Source: an uncultured Alphaproteobacteria bacterium
GTDB lineage: Bacteria; Pseudomonadota; Alphaproteobacteria; Reyranellales; Reyranellaceae
Assembly (NCBI GenBank): GCA_963765385.1
Contig: CAVXWG010000009.1
Location: 81,018 to 145,017 of the forward strand
Reading direction: 5' to 3'
DNA length: 64,000 nucleotides
Made by a program: the position numbers and the translations under genes. Below are positions 47,574 to 57,524 of this stretch, piece by piece. Every line of letters starts with the position of its first letter. Position 1 is the stretch's first letter. The notes beneath the pieces are model-generated. The model searched no databases. It was not told the origin of the DNA and saw nothing but the letters and a program-made list of their open reading frames with translations.

Positions 47574-50500
47574 ATGCTGGCTTTGGTTCGGGTCGCTCTG
47601 ACGCGGCCTTACACGTTCGTTGTTCTCGCCCTGCTGATCCTGATCGTCGGTCCGCTTGCGGCGTTGCGCACCCCGGTCGACATCTTCCCGGAAATCCGCA
47701 TCCCTGTGATCGCCGTCGTCTGGCAGTACACCGGCCTGCCGCCCGACCAGATGTCGGGCCGCGTCATGCTGAACTTCCAGCGTTCGCTCACCACGACCGT
47801 CAACGACATCGAGCATATCGAGGGCACGTCCTATACAGGCATCGGCATCGTCAAAGTCTTCTTCCAGCCCGGTACCGACATCCGCACCGCCAATGCGCAG
47901 GTCACGGCAATCTCGCAGACCGTGCTCAAGCAGATGCCGCCCAACATCACGCCGCCTTTGATCCTGAACTACAACGCCTCGACCGTGCCGATCATCCAGA
48001 TTGCGCTGGCCGGCAAGGGCATGTCCGAACAAGCCGTGTTCGACATCGCCATCAACACGGTGCGCACGCCGCTGGTCACCGTGCCGGGGGCGGCCATCCC
48101 GTTTCCGTTCGGCGGCAAGTTCCGCCAGATCCAGATCGACCTCGATCCGGCCGCCATGCAGTCGCGTGGCCTGTCGGCCAATGATGTCGCCAACGCGCTC
48201 GCCGCCCAGAACCTGCTGACCCCCGCGGGTACGCAAAAGATCGGCAACTTCGAGTACGCCATCCAGCTCAACAACGCGCCGGTCGACTTCGCCGCGCTGG
48301 CTGACCTGCCGGTGTTCACGGCCAACGGCGCCATGGTCTATCTGCGCGATGTCGCGCAAGTGCGCGACGGCAACCCGCCGCAAACCAACATCGTCCATGT
48401 CGACGGCAACCGCTCGGTGTTGCTGGCGGTGCTGAAGAACGGCGCGGTGTCGACGCTGTCGATCATCGACGGCATCAAGCAGCGGGTCGAGGAGCTGCGC
48501 AAGACCCTGCCCGATACCGTGAGCCTCGCCATCCTGGGCGACCAGTCGCTGTTCGTCGAAGGCGCGATCGGCGGCGTCGCCATCGAAGCCGTCATCGCCG
48601 CCGTGCTGACCAGCCTGATGATCCTGCTGTTCCTGGGAAGCTGGCGCTCGACCATCATCATCGCCACTTCCATTCCGCTCGCCATCCTGGGCTCGATCGC
48701 GCTGCTGGCGGCCTTTGGCGAGACGCTGAACATCATGACCCTGGGCGGCCTGGCGCTCGCCGTCGGCATCCTGGTCGACGATGCCACCGTCACCATCGAG
48801 AACATCAACTGGCACCTCGAGCAGGGCAAGCCGGTCGAGACGGCGATCATGGACGGTGCGCGGCAGATCGTGACGCCGGCCTTCGTGTCGCTGCTCTGCA
48901 TCTGCATCGTGTTCGTGCCGATGTTCTTTCTCGAGGGCGTGGCGCGCTTCCTGTTCGTGCCGATGGCCGAAGCGGTGATGTTCGCCATGGTCTGCTCGTT
49001 CATCCTGTCGCGCACCCTGGTGCCGACGATGGCGAACTTCCTGCTGAAGCCGCACACCACGCACGCCCATGGCGAGAAGCCGCCGACGCGCAATCCCCTG
49101 GTCATCTTCCAGCGCGGCTTCGAGGCGCGCTTCGAGCGTTTCCGCGAGGTCTATCGCGACCTGTTGGTGATGGCGTTGGCGCATCGCACGGTGTTCATCT
49201 GTTGTTTCATGGCTTTCGTGCTGGCGTCGTTCCTGCTGACGCCGGTTCTCGGACGGAACTTCTTCCCGTCGGTCGATTCCGGCCAGATCCTGATGCATGC
49301 GCGCGCGCCGGTCGGCACAAGGGTGGAGGAGGCCGCCAACCAGTTCGCGGCCATCCAGAAGGCGATCCGCCAGGTCATTCCGCCCCAGGAGATCGCGGCC
49401 ATGGCCGACAATGTCGGCATGCCGGTCAGCGGCATCAACATGACCTACAACAACACCGGCACCATCGGCAGCCAGGACGGCGACATCCAGATCAAGCTGA
49501 CCGAGGAGCATGCGCCGACCGCCGACTATGTGCGCGAGCTGCGCCGCCAGCTTCCCGAGCGCTTTCCAGGCTTCACCTTCTCGTTCCTGCCGGCCGATAT
49601 CATCAGCCAGATCCTGAATTTCGGCGCGCCCTCGCCGATCGACGTCCAGGTGCGCAGCTCCGACCCGACGGCGGCCTACGAGCATGCCAACCGGCTGCTC
49701 GCCCGCATCCGGCAGGTGCCGGGCGTGGTCGATGCGCGCATCCAGCAATCGCGCAACGCGCCCGTGATGGCCGTCGATATCGACCGGACGCGGGCACAGT
49801 ATGTCGGCATCACGACGCGCGACGTCACCAATTCGCTGGTCGTGAATCTGGCCGGCTCCGGCCAGGTCGCGCCGACCTACTGGCTCAACCCGGCCAACGG
49901 CGTGACTTACAACATCGTTCTGCAGACGCCGCAGTACCGGCTCGATTCGCTGTCGGCGCTCTCCAACCTGCCGATCGCCGCTCCTGCGGCCACTTCGCTG
50001 CAGGTGCTGGGCGGCATTGCCGATGTCCGGCGTGACATGGCGAGCGCCGTGGTCTCGCAATATGACCTGCAGGGCCTGGTCCAGGTCTATGCCGCGGTGC
50101 AGGGACGCGACCTTGGTGCGGTCGCCGCCGACGTGCGGCGGATCATCGACGAGCTGGCGCCCAGCGCCTCGCCCAAGATCCGCGCCGTCAAGCTGCAGGG
50201 CCAGGTGCGGACCATGGAGAGCGCCTTCTCCGGACTGCTGTTCGGCCTTCTTGGCGCCATCGTGCTGATCTACCTGCTGATCGTGGTGAACTTCCAGTCC
50301 TGGAGCGATCCCTTCGTCATCATCACCGCGCTGCCTGCGGCCCTGGCCGGGATCATCTGGATGCTTTTCGCCACCTACACCACGCTCTCGGTGCCGGCGC
50401 TCACAGGCGCCATCATGTGCATGGGCGTGGCGACGGCCAATTCGGTGCTGGTGGTGAGCTTCGCGCGCGAGCGGCTGGCCGAGCTGGGCGACGCCACCGC

Positions 50501-50765
50501 GGCCGCGCTCGACGCGGGCTACGTGCGCTTCCGTCCGGTGCTGATGACGGCGCTGGCGATGATCATCGGCATGACGCCGATGGCGCTGGGCCTGGGTGAG
50601 GGCGGCGAGCAGAACGCGCCGCTCGGCCGCGCCGTCATTGGCGGCTTGATTTTCGCGACGGTCGCAACGCTCATCTTCGTTCCCGTCGTTTTCAGCGTCA
50701 TTCACCGGCACCATGCCAAGACGGTCACGCCTGCCGACCCTTCCGGAGTACCCCATGCCGCCTGA
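47574..50765 (+). CDS. RND efflux transporter permease (AcrB/CzcA family)
   Basis: 1063 aa; GILVDDATVTIEN, RFRPVLMT, PLGRAVIGG. Confidence 0.95.
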   Translation: MLALVRVALTRPYTFVVLALLILIVGPLAALRTPVDIFPEIRIPVIAVVWQYTGLPPDQMSGRVMLNFQRSLTTTVNDIEHIEGTSYTGIGIVKVFFQPGTDIRTANAQVTAISQTVLKQMPPNITPPLILNYNASTVPIIQIALAGKGMSEQAVFDIAINTVRTPLVTVPGAAIPFPFGGKFRQIQIDLDPAAMQSRGLSANDVANALAAQNLLTPAGTQKIGNFEYAIQLNNAPVDFAALADLPVFTANGAMVYLRDVAQVRDGNPPQTNIVHVDGNRSVLLAVLKNGAVSTLSIIDGIKQRVEELRKTLPDTVSLAILGDQSLFVEGAIGGVAIEAVIAAVLTSLMILLFLGSWRSTIIIATSIPLAILGSIALLAAFGETLNIMTLGGLALAVGILVDDATVTIENINWHLEQGKPVETAIMDGARQIVTPAFVSLLCICIVFVPMFFLEGVARFLFVPMAEAVMFAMVCSFILSRTLVPTMANFLLKPHTTHAHGEKPPTRNPLVIFQRGFEARFERFREVYRDLLVMALAHRTVFICCFMAFVLASFLLTPVLGRNFFPSVDSGQILMHARAPVGTRVEEAANQFAAIQKAIRQVIPPQEIAAMADNVGMPVSGINMTYNNTGTIGSQDGDIQIKLTEEHAPTADYVRELRRQLPERFPGFTFSFLPADIISQILNFGAPSPIDVQVRSSDPTAAYEHANRLLARIRQVPGVVDARIQQSRNAPVMAVDIDRTRAQYVGITTRDVTNSLVVNLAGSGQVAPTYWLNPANGVTYNIVLQTPQYRLDSLSALSNLPIAAPAATSLQVLGGIADVRRDMASAVVSQYDLQGLVQVYAAVQGRDLGAVAADVRRIIDELAPSASPKIRAVKLQGQVRTMESAFSGLLFGLLGAIVLIYLLIVVNFQSWSDPFVIITALPAALAGIIWMLFATYTTLSVPALTGAIMCMGVATANSVLVVSFARERLAELGDATAAALDAGYVRFRPVLMTALAMIIGMTPMALGLGEGGEQNAPLGRAVIGGLIFATVATLIFVPVVFSVIHRHHAKTVTPADPSGVPHAA

Positions 50766-51951
50766 GTCTTCCCCCGCGGCGCCACGCAAGCGGGGGCGAG
50801 GCCTCGCCATCGCCGGCGTCGCTGCTCTCCTGGTGGTGGGCTTCGTGGTCGCCAGCGGCCTCATGAACCGCAACGCCAGCCAGGCCAGGCTGAAGGAATG
50901 GACGGACACCCAGTCGGTTCCGATCGTGAGCGTCATCTCGCCGGCGACCGGCGCCAACAAATCCTCGCTCGACCTGCCTGGCCGGCTCGAAGCCTATTCC
51001 CGTGCGCCGATCTATGCTCGCGTGAGCGGCTTTCTGAAGGCCTGGTACGTCGACATCGGCGCGCCGGTGAAGTCGGGCCAGCTGCTCGCCGAGATCGAGG
51101 CGCCCGACCTCGACCAGCAGCTCCTGCAGGCCAAGGCGGCGCTGGCCAGCGCCCAGGCCGCCGAAGCGCTGGCCCTGGTGACGGCGCAGCGCTGGCAGAC
51201 GCTGGGCGGCACCAACACGGTGGCCAAGCAGACCGTCGACGAGAAGACCGGCGACCTCACGGTCAAGCAGGCCCTCAGCAAGGCGGCCAAGGCCAATGTC
51301 GATCGGCTCGAAGTGCTCGCCGACTTCAAGCGCCTGGTGGCGCCGTTTGACGGCATCGTGACCACCCGCAACACCGACGTCGGCGCCCTGATCAACGCCG
51401 ATTCGAGCGCCGGTCTCGCGCTGTTCGTCATCTCGGACACGCAGAAGCTCCGGGTCAATGTCAGCATCCCGCAGAACTACGTGCCGGCGGTGAAGATCAA
51501 CACCAAGGTGCAGATCACCGTGCCGGAGTATCCCGGCAAGATCTATTACGGGGTCGTTGAGGCCTCGGCGCGTGCCGTCGACGCCCAGAGCGGCACGACG
51601 CGCATGCAGCTCGTGGTCGACAACAGCGCCGGCGAGCTGATGCCGGGTGCCTTCGCCAATACGCGGATCGAGCTGCCGCCGACCGTGCAGGCGCTCACCA
51701 TTCCGTCGGGCGCGCTGATCTTCGACCAGAAGGGGCTGCGCGTGGCGACGGTGGATGCCAACAGCAAGGTCGTGCTGAAGACCGTTACGATCGGCCGTGA
51801 CCTCGGGCAGGTCGTGGAGATCGCGACCGGAATTACCGGCACCGACCGCATCATCGACAGCCCGCCCGACGGGCTGGCGGACGGCGATCCGGTGCGGGTT
51901 GTCGATACCAAGGGCGGCAAGGACATCAAGAAGGCCGCTGCGGCGCGGTAG
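50755..51951 (+). CDS. RND efflux periplasmic adaptor (membrane fusion protein)
   Basis: IYARVSGFL, VDIGAPVKSGQLLA, APFDGIVT, LMPGAF. Confidence 0.93.
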   Translation: MPPESSPAAPRKRGRGLAIAGVAALLVVGFVVASGLMNRNASQARLKEWTDTQSVPIVSVISPATGANKSSLDLPGRLEAYSRAPIYARVSGFLKAWYVDIGAPVKSGQLLAEIEAPDLDQQLLQAKAALASAQAAEALALVTAQRWQTLGGTNTVAKQTVDEKTGDLTVKQALSKAAKANVDRLEVLADFKRLVAPFDGIVTTRNTDVGALINADSSAGLALFVISDTQKLRVNVSIPQNYVPAVKINTKVQITVPEYPGKIYYGVVEASARAVDAQSGTTRMQLVVDNSAGELMPGAFANTRIELPPTVQALTIPSGALIFDQKGLRVATVDANSKVVLKTVTIGRDLGQVVEIATGITGTDRIIDSPPDGLADGDPVRVVDTKGGKDIKKAAAAR

Positions 51952-51969
51952 ACGAAGACGCGCTCATGG

Positions 51970-52000
51970 CTGGGGGCGCGCGACTCCAGTCGTGCGTCTT
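51970..52000 (-). repeat. Short palindrome, family E
   Basis: Reverse complement AAGACGCACGACTGGAGTCGCGCGCCCCCAG resembles 43687-43718. Confidence 0.55.
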
Positions 52001-52076
52001 CGACCAGGACCAGGAAGACCGCGCCGCAGGAGTGTGCGCCCGTAGCCGCTAACTTTGACGATATTCCAGTCAATAA

Positions 52077-52215
52077 CCTCATCCTGAGGAGGCCGCGACG
52101 CGGCCGTCTCGAAGGATGGGCCACGCACGAAATCGTGGAAAAGGCCGGGTCGTTGCGCCTGCCCTGTTGCCGACCCTTCGAGACGCGGCCCTGAGGGCCG
52201 CTCCTCAGGGTGAGG
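52077..52215. repeat. REPIN-like element, family B
   Basis: CCTCATCCTGAGGAGG..GTCTCGAAGGATGGG ... CCTTCGAGACG..CTCCTCAGGGTGAGG. Confidence 0.88.
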
Positions 52216-52289
52216 CTCGTATGTAAGTTAGAGCCTATGAGTGGCGCGCCCCCAGCAAGGAAACTTTCCCCAAGAACAAGGAGCCCGTC

Positions 52290-53144
52290 CTACTTCCTCT
52301 TCGGCCGGATAGCCTCCCATTGCGCGTCGGTCCAGTCGATCATCGCCTGCGTATTGGCCCCGCCGCCGCCCGACTGCAGCATCTTGCCGCCGTCGATCAC
52401 GATGGCATCGCCGTTGATGTAGGCCGCGCCGTCGCTCACCAGAAAGGCCGCGAGGTTGGCCAGTTCCTCGTGCTTGCCGACGCGGCGCAGCGGCACGGTC
52501 TTGATCAGCGCGTCGTTGCCGCCGCGCTCCTTCGGCATCAGCCGGCTCCAGGCGCCGTCGGTGGGGAAGGGGCCGGGCACGATGGCACAGGTGCGGATAC
52601 CCTTGGGGCCCCATTCGACGGCGAGGCTCTTGGTCATGGCCAGAACGCCCGCCTTGGCCATGGCCGAAGGCACGGTGAAGGGTGCGCCGGTCAGCGAGGA
52701 GACGGTGAGGATCGACATCACGACCCGGTCACGCAGGCCGGCGTCGATCCAGCGCCGGCCAGCCGCGACCGTGCAGTAGGCCGAGCCGTGCAGCACGATA
52801 CCCAGCACCGAATCGATGGCGCGCGTCGACAGCTTGTTGGTCTGGGCCAGGATCTGGCCGGCCGCATTGTTGACCAGGATGTCGAGCGGCCGCTTTTCCC
52901 AGATCGTGTCCATCATGGCTTCGACCGCGTCGGCCACGCGCACGTCGCAGCCCACCGTGTCGATCTCGCCACCGGTCGTCTTGGTGAGCTCTTCCGCCGT
53001 CTGCTTCAGCACGTCCTCGCGCCGCCCGCAGATCACCACATTGGCGCCGAGCTCGAGGTAGCGCTCAGCCATCGACCGGCCGAGCCCGGTGCCGCCGCCG
53101 GTCACCAGGATGCGCTTGCCCTTGAGCAGGTCGGGTTGGAACAT
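52290..53144 (-). CDS. SDR family, 2,4-dienoyl-CoA reductase-like
   Basis: TGGGTGLG, NNAAG, PSAMAKAG, SLAVEWG, PGPFPT. Confidence 0.9.
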   Translation of the reverse strand: MFQPDLLKGKRILVTGGGTGLGRSMAERYLELGANVVICGRREDVLKQTAEELTKTTGGEIDTVGCDVRVADAVEAMMDTIWEKRPLDILVNNAAGQILAQTNKLSTRAIDSVLGIVLHGSAYCTVAAGRRWIDAGLRDRVVMSILTVSSLTGAPFTVPSAMAKAGVLAMTKSLAVEWGPKGIRTCAIVPGPFPTDGAWSRLMPKERGGNDALIKTVPLRRVGKHEELANLAAFLVSDGAAYINGDAIVIDGGKMLQSGGGGANTQAMIDWTDAQWEAIRPKRK

Positions 53145-53154
53145 CGCTCGCTCC

Positions 53155-54357
53155 CTATTTCCTGGGCCCGGTCAGCGCGATGCCGGAGGCCACGAGACTG
53201 TCGATCTCGGCCGCCGAATAGCCGTGCTCGCCCAGCACGGCCCGCGTGTCGGCGCCGAATTTCTTCGGCTTGCTGCGCACGGCGGGCGGCGTGCGCGAGA
53301 GCTTCACCGGGTTGCCGACGTTGCGATAGCCATCCTTCTCCCACACCATGCCGCGATGCCTGGTGTGCGGATGCTCCATCACGTCGGGCACTTCCATCAC
53401 CGCGCCCGACGGCACGCCGTTCTTCATCAGCTCGTTGGCGAAGCTCTCGCCGTCGCGGTCCTTGGTGAGCGCGCGCAGCTCGGCTTCGAGCGCGGGCTTG
53501 TGGGCCAACCGATCCTTGTTGGTCAAGAAGCGCGAATCGTCGGCCAGTTCGGGCTTGCCCAGCATCTGCACGAGCTTGCGAAACTGGGCGTCATTGCCGG
53601 CGCCGATCACGATGTTGCGCCCCTTGGTCGGGAAGTTGGCGTAGGGCGCCAGATTGCCATGGCTGTTGCCGTAGAGCTTGGGCTTGAGGCCGGCCATGAA
53701 GTAGTTGGGCGCGTGCGGCTGGTGCAATGCCACGGCGCTGTCGTAGAGCGTGGCGTCGACGAACTGGCCTTTGCCCGACCGGTTGCGCTCGTAGAGCGCC
53801 ATCAGGATGCCCATGCAGGCGTTCATGCCGGTCGAAAGGTCGACGACCGGCACGCCGATGCGCACAGGCCCCGCTTCCGGCGCGCCGTTGACCGAGACCA
53901 GCCCCGCCGAGGCCTGCACCATGGCGTCGTAGCCCGGGAAGCCGCCCAGCGGGCCGTCGGCGCCGAAGCCCGAGACACGAGCATGGACCAGGCGAGGAAA
54001 TCTCTTCGAGAGGGTGTCGTAGCCGATGCCCCATTTCTCCATCGTGCCGGTCTTGAAGTTGTCGATCAGCACATCGGCCTCTGCGAGCAGCTTCAGGAGA
54101 ACGTCGCGCCCCTCCGGCTTGGAAAGGTCGAGCGCGATCGTGCGCTTGTTGCGATTGATGCCGGCGAAGTAGGCGGAGATGCCCTCCTGGTCGAACGGCG
54201 GGCCCCACAGGCGCGTCTCGTCGCCCTGCGGCGGCTCGACCTTGATCACCTCGGCGCCGTGGTCGGCCAGCATCTGGGCGCAATAGGGACCGCCCAGCAC
54301 GCGCGACAGGTCGATCACCTTCAGGCCCGCCAGCGCTCCCGGATTTGCCTCGGGCAT
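53155..54357 (-). CDS. Family III CoA-transferase (CaiB/BaiF)
   Basis: DLSRVLGGPYC, LADHGAEVIKVE, NRNKR, GYDAMVQA. Confidence 0.95.
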   Translation of the reverse strand: MPEANPGALAGLKVIDLSRVLGGPYCAQMLADHGAEVIKVEPPQGDETRLWGPPFDQEGISAYFAGINRNKRTIALDLSKPEGRDVLLKLLAEADVLIDNFKTGTMEKWGIGYDTLSKRFPRLVHARVSGFGADGPLGGFPGYDAMVQASAGLVSVNGAPEAGPVRIGVPVVDLSTGMNACMGILMALYERNRSGKGQFVDATLYDSAVALHQPHAPNYFMAGLKPKLYGNSHGNLAPYANFPTKGRNIVIGAGNDAQFRKLVQMLGKPELADDSRFLTNKDRLAHKPALEAELRALTKDRDGESFANELMKNGVPSGAVMEVPDVMEHPHTRHRGMVWEKDGYRNVGNPVKLSRTPPAVRSKPKKFGADTRAVLGEHGYSAAEIDSLVASGIALTGPRK

Positions 54358-54431
54358 CTCGTTCCACTCCTCGGACTGCGTTGCGAGCGGCGGTTATAGA
54401 CCATGGCCCGCAGGGCCGGTACCGTCGGGCC

Positions 54432-55176
54432 ATGATCGAACGCGAGCTGGATATCGCCACGCAAGATGGCGCGATGAACACCTATACCGTTCGGTCGGAC
54501 GACGGCGGCCCGCTGCCGGTGGTGCTGATGCTGATGGACGCGCCGGGCGTGCGCGAGGCCCTGCGCGAAATCTGCCGGCGCATCGCCCAGTCCGGCTACT
54601 ACGTGCTGCTGCCCAATCTCTTCTACCGCACGACGCGCGAGTTCGTGCTGGGCCCGACGCGCGACCATCCCGACGCCGAGGCCAACATCAAGAAGATGCT
54701 GGCCATGGTGGCGTCGATTCCCAACGACAAGGTCGCAGCCGATGTCGGCGTCATTCTCGACCGGTTGCCGTCGATGGCCGACGCCAAGCCCGGCAAGATC
54801 GGGCTGGTTGGCTACTGCATGAGCGGCGCGTTCGTCACGGTGGCGGCGGCCAGGCATCCCGACCGCATCGGCTGCTTCGCGTCCTACTACGGGACGCGGC
54901 TGATCACCGACAAGCCCGAACTCGCCGCACCTCATGCTGTCGGACATCACGGCCGAGGGTTATTACTCTTTCGCGGAGCACGACACTTACGTGCCCCTGG
55001 AGCAGGTCGCCGCCTTCGAGAAGCTGTTGGCCACCGCACCGTTCCCGTCGCGCTCCGAGACCGAGATGGGCACCCATCACGGTTACGCCTTCCCCGACCG
55101 CGGCAACCTGAACGAAGCGGCGCGCGAGAAGCATTACGAGCGCATGCTTGCGCTCTATCGGCGTCATCTTGGCTAG
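54432..55176 (+). CDS. Dienelactone hydrolase family protein, frameshifted near 54922
   Basis: MDAPGVR, PNLFYR, GYCMSG nucleophile motif, HHGYAFPDR. Confidence 0.88.
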
Positions 55177-55186
55177 CTAAGCACCA

Positions 55187-55295
55187 CCTCATCCTGAGGA
55201 GCGGCCCGCAGGGCCGCGTCTCGAAGGATGGGCAACAGCAGGACTGGTTCCCACCCTTCGAGACGCACCGCTTCGCGGCGCTCCTCAGGGTGAGG
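55187..55295. repeat. REPIN-like element, family B
   Basis: CCTCATCCTGAGGAGCGGCC..GTCTCGAAGGATGGG ... CCTTCGAGACG..CTCCTCAGGGTGAGG. Confidence 0.88.
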
Positions 55296-55314
55296 TTTTT
55301 GGAGGTTGATCGCC

Positions 55315-56490
55315 ATGCTGAACGGCATCCACGGCCACCAGGACATCGAGCGCGTCGTCTACGGCAAGCCGGCCGGGCCGGCTCTCAGGGCCGAGGCCGA
55401 GCGGTTGGGCGCCCGGCGGGTGTTCGTGACGACCACCAAGTCGGTGGCACAGAGCGCGCTGCTGGCCGACATTGTGCGCGACCTCGGCGATCGCTATGCC
55501 GGCGTCTATTCGGGCATCACCGCCCATTCGCCGCGGCCCTGCGTGATCGAGGGCGCCGGGCTCGCCCGCGAGGCCGGGGCCGATCTGCTGGTCGCCGTCG
55601 GCGGCGGCTCGGCGATCGATGCCACCAAGGTGATGCTGATCGCGCTCTGGCAGAACGCGACCCGGATCGAGGATCTCGATCTTTACCGGGCCGGCCGTCC
55701 CAAGGAGGGCGCGGCGCCGCCGGCCGAGTCGATCAAGCCGCCGGCCGGGGCGATCCGCATGATTGCCGTGCCGACCACCTTGTCGGCCGCCGAGTTCAAC
55801 GCCTTTGCCGGGATCAGCGATCCGCGTCACGGCATCAAGGAAAGCTTTGGCCATCGCCTGATCGTGCCGCAGGTGATCGTGCTCGATCCTGCCGCGACCC
55901 TGGCCACACCGATGGACCTCATGCTGTCGACGGGCCTCAAGGCGGTCGACCATGCGGTCGAGCGGCTGTGCTCGCAGCAGGCGCATCCTTTCGTGCTGGG
56001 CACGGCGAGCGAGGCCCTGAAGCTGCTGGCCCGCGCGCTGCCCGCGCACAAGGCGAGGCCCGAGGACATGGAGACGCGGCTCGACCTGCAGTTCGGCATG
56101 TGGCTGTCGATCGGTGCCGGCACGTCGGGGGTGGGCGTCGGCGCGAGCCATGGCATAGGCCATGTGCTGGGCGCGGCCTGCCACGTGCCGCACGGCCATA
56201 CATCGTGCGTGATGCTGCCCTCGGTGCTGCGCTGGAACCTGCCGGCCAATGCCGGGCGCCAGAAGCGGGTGGGCGAGGCCTTCGGCAGGCCGGACGTGCC
56301 GGCGGCCGATCTCGTGGCCGGCCTGGTCAAGGCACTGGGCCTGCCGGGACGGCTGGCCGAGGTCGGTGTCGGCAAGGACCGCTTCCGCGAGATCGCCGAG
56401 AAGTCGATGCACGACCGCGCCGTGCTCAACAACCCGCGGCCGATCAAGGGCCCGGCCGAGGTCATGCAGATCCTCGAACTGGCGGCCTGA
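55315..56490 (+). CDS. Iron-containing alcohol dehydrogenase / maleylacetate reductase family
   Basis: GGGSAIDATK, PTTLSAAE, DHAVE, SHGIGH, PHG. Confidence 0.92.
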   Translation: MLNGIHGHQDIERVVYGKPAGPALRAEAERLGARRVFVTTTKSVAQSALLADIVRDLGDRYAGVYSGITAHSPRPCVIEGAGLAREAGADLLVAVGGGSAIDATKVMLIALWQNATRIEDLDLYRAGRPKEGAAPPAESIKPPAGAIRMIAVPTTLSAAEFNAFAGISDPRHGIKESFGHRLIVPQVIVLDPAATLATPMDLMLSTGLKAVDHAVERLCSQQAHPFVLGTASEALKLLARALPAHKARPEDMETRLDLQFGMWLSIGAGTSGVGVGASHGIGHVLGAACHVPHGHTSCVMLPSVLRWNLPANAGRQKRVGEAFGRPDVPAADLVAGLVKALGLPGRLAEVGVGKDRFREIAEKSMHDRAVLNNPRPIKGPAEVMQILELAA

Positions 56491-56595
56491 AGGGCGGAAT
56501 GAGCCCATGAGAACTTCTCGTGAGGCGGAGGCCTTACAAAAGAGTAAAGGCACACGAATTATAGGGACGAAACGCTGACCTGAACGGGTGCGATC

Positions 56596-57450
56596 ATGCC
56601 GGATATCCGAACCGTCGAGACGACTATTGGCAGGCCTGTCACGACCCCCTGGGTCGAGGCCGCCGTTCCCTACCTGGCCGACCTCAGCGTCAAGCCGGTG
56701 ACCTACAATCCGCCGCTCGGCAAAGGGGTGCCGCGGCGCGACGGCAACTACCGCGACTTCAAGGTGCGCATTCATAATGCGCGACTGGTCGCGCGCGACC
56801 TTTCGCTCGACCGCCAGGCTTTCGTCCTGGCGCAGCAGGACACCGCCGTCCGCGACTTCTACGACCGCGACGAGATAAGCCGCACCTACGAGCCCGAGGT
56901 CGAAGCCCTGATCAAGCGCGAGACGGGCGCTTCCAAGGTCGTGGTGTTCGATCACACGATCCGCGCTGCCGATCGCGGCGTCGAGCGCGGCCATCGCGCG
57001 CCGGTGCGCAGCGTGCACAACGACTACACTGAGAAGTCCGGCCCGCAACGGGTCCGCGATCTGCTGCCGCCCGACGAGGCGGAGGCGCGGCTGAAGAAGC
57101 GCTTCGTGGAGATCAACGTCTGGCGCAACATCGCGCACGATCCGGTGGAGATGACGCCGCTGGGCTTCGTCGATGCCGAGAGCATCGCACCGCGTGACCT
57201 CGCCGTCTGCGACCTGATCTATGCCGACCGCACCGGCGAGATCTATATCGGCGTCTACAATGCCGATCACCGCTGGTACTACTTCCCGAGGATGACGCGC
57301 GACGAGGCTGCGCTCATCAAGTGCTACGACTCGATGAAGGACGGCCGCGCCCGCTTCTCGCTGCATTCGGCGTTCGACGATCCGACGTCGCCCAAGAATC
57401 CCAAGCCGCGCGAGAGCATCGAGACCCGGACGCTGGCGTTTTTCGATTAG
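56596..57450 (+). CDS. CmcJ/NvfI family oxidoreductase (second paralog)
   Basis: VFDHTIR, VHNDYT, INVWRNI, HSAFDDP, PRESIETR. Confidence 0.88.
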   Translation: MPDIRTVETTIGRPVTTPWVEAAVPYLADLSVKPVTYNPPLGKGVPRRDGNYRDFKVRIHNARLVARDLSLDRQAFVLAQQDTAVRDFYDRDEISRTYEPEVEALIKRETGASKVVVFDHTIRAADRGVERGHRAPVRSVHNDYTEKSGPQRVRDLLPPDEAEARLKKRFVEINVWRNIAHDPVEMTPLGFVDAESIAPRDLAVCDLIYADRTGEIYIGVYNADHRWYYFPRMTRDEAALIKCYDSMKDGRARFSLHSAFDDPTSPKNPKPRESIETRTLAFFD

Positions 57451-57458
57451 CTCTTGCC

Positions 57459-57518
57459 GGACCGCCGGCCTCCTGGCCCGCATCATGATTCATGAGCGGG
57501 CCTGGAGGCCCGCGGTCC
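57459..57518. repeat. REP-like hairpin, family D
   Basis: GGACCGCCGGCCTCCTGGCCCGC...GCGGGCCTGGAGGCCCGCGGTCC. Confidence 0.8.
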
Positions 57519-57524
57519 AGGAGA

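Noticed and set aside
47430-50960. 1176-aa antisense ORF, and similar long shadow ORFs elsewhere
   Set aside because: Mirror frames of high-GC3 genes, with no recognisable motifs
47574-51951. RND locus lacking an outer-membrane factor gene
   Set aside because: Common; a TolC-like protein is usually encoded elsewhere
1700-54930. Programmed ribosomal frameshifting
   Set aside because: No shared slippery sequence; the sites are scattered through unrelated enzyme families
54345-56510. 721-aa dienelactone hydrolase extension
   Set aside because: Frameshift read-through across a repeat and an out-of-frame Fe-ADH gene
56490-56595. Possible hammerhead ribozyme (GGACGAAAC) or uORF upstream of the second CmcJ/NvfI gene
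   Set aside because: No CUGANGA core with supporting stems; the peptide shares no convincing motif with the other candidate uORF
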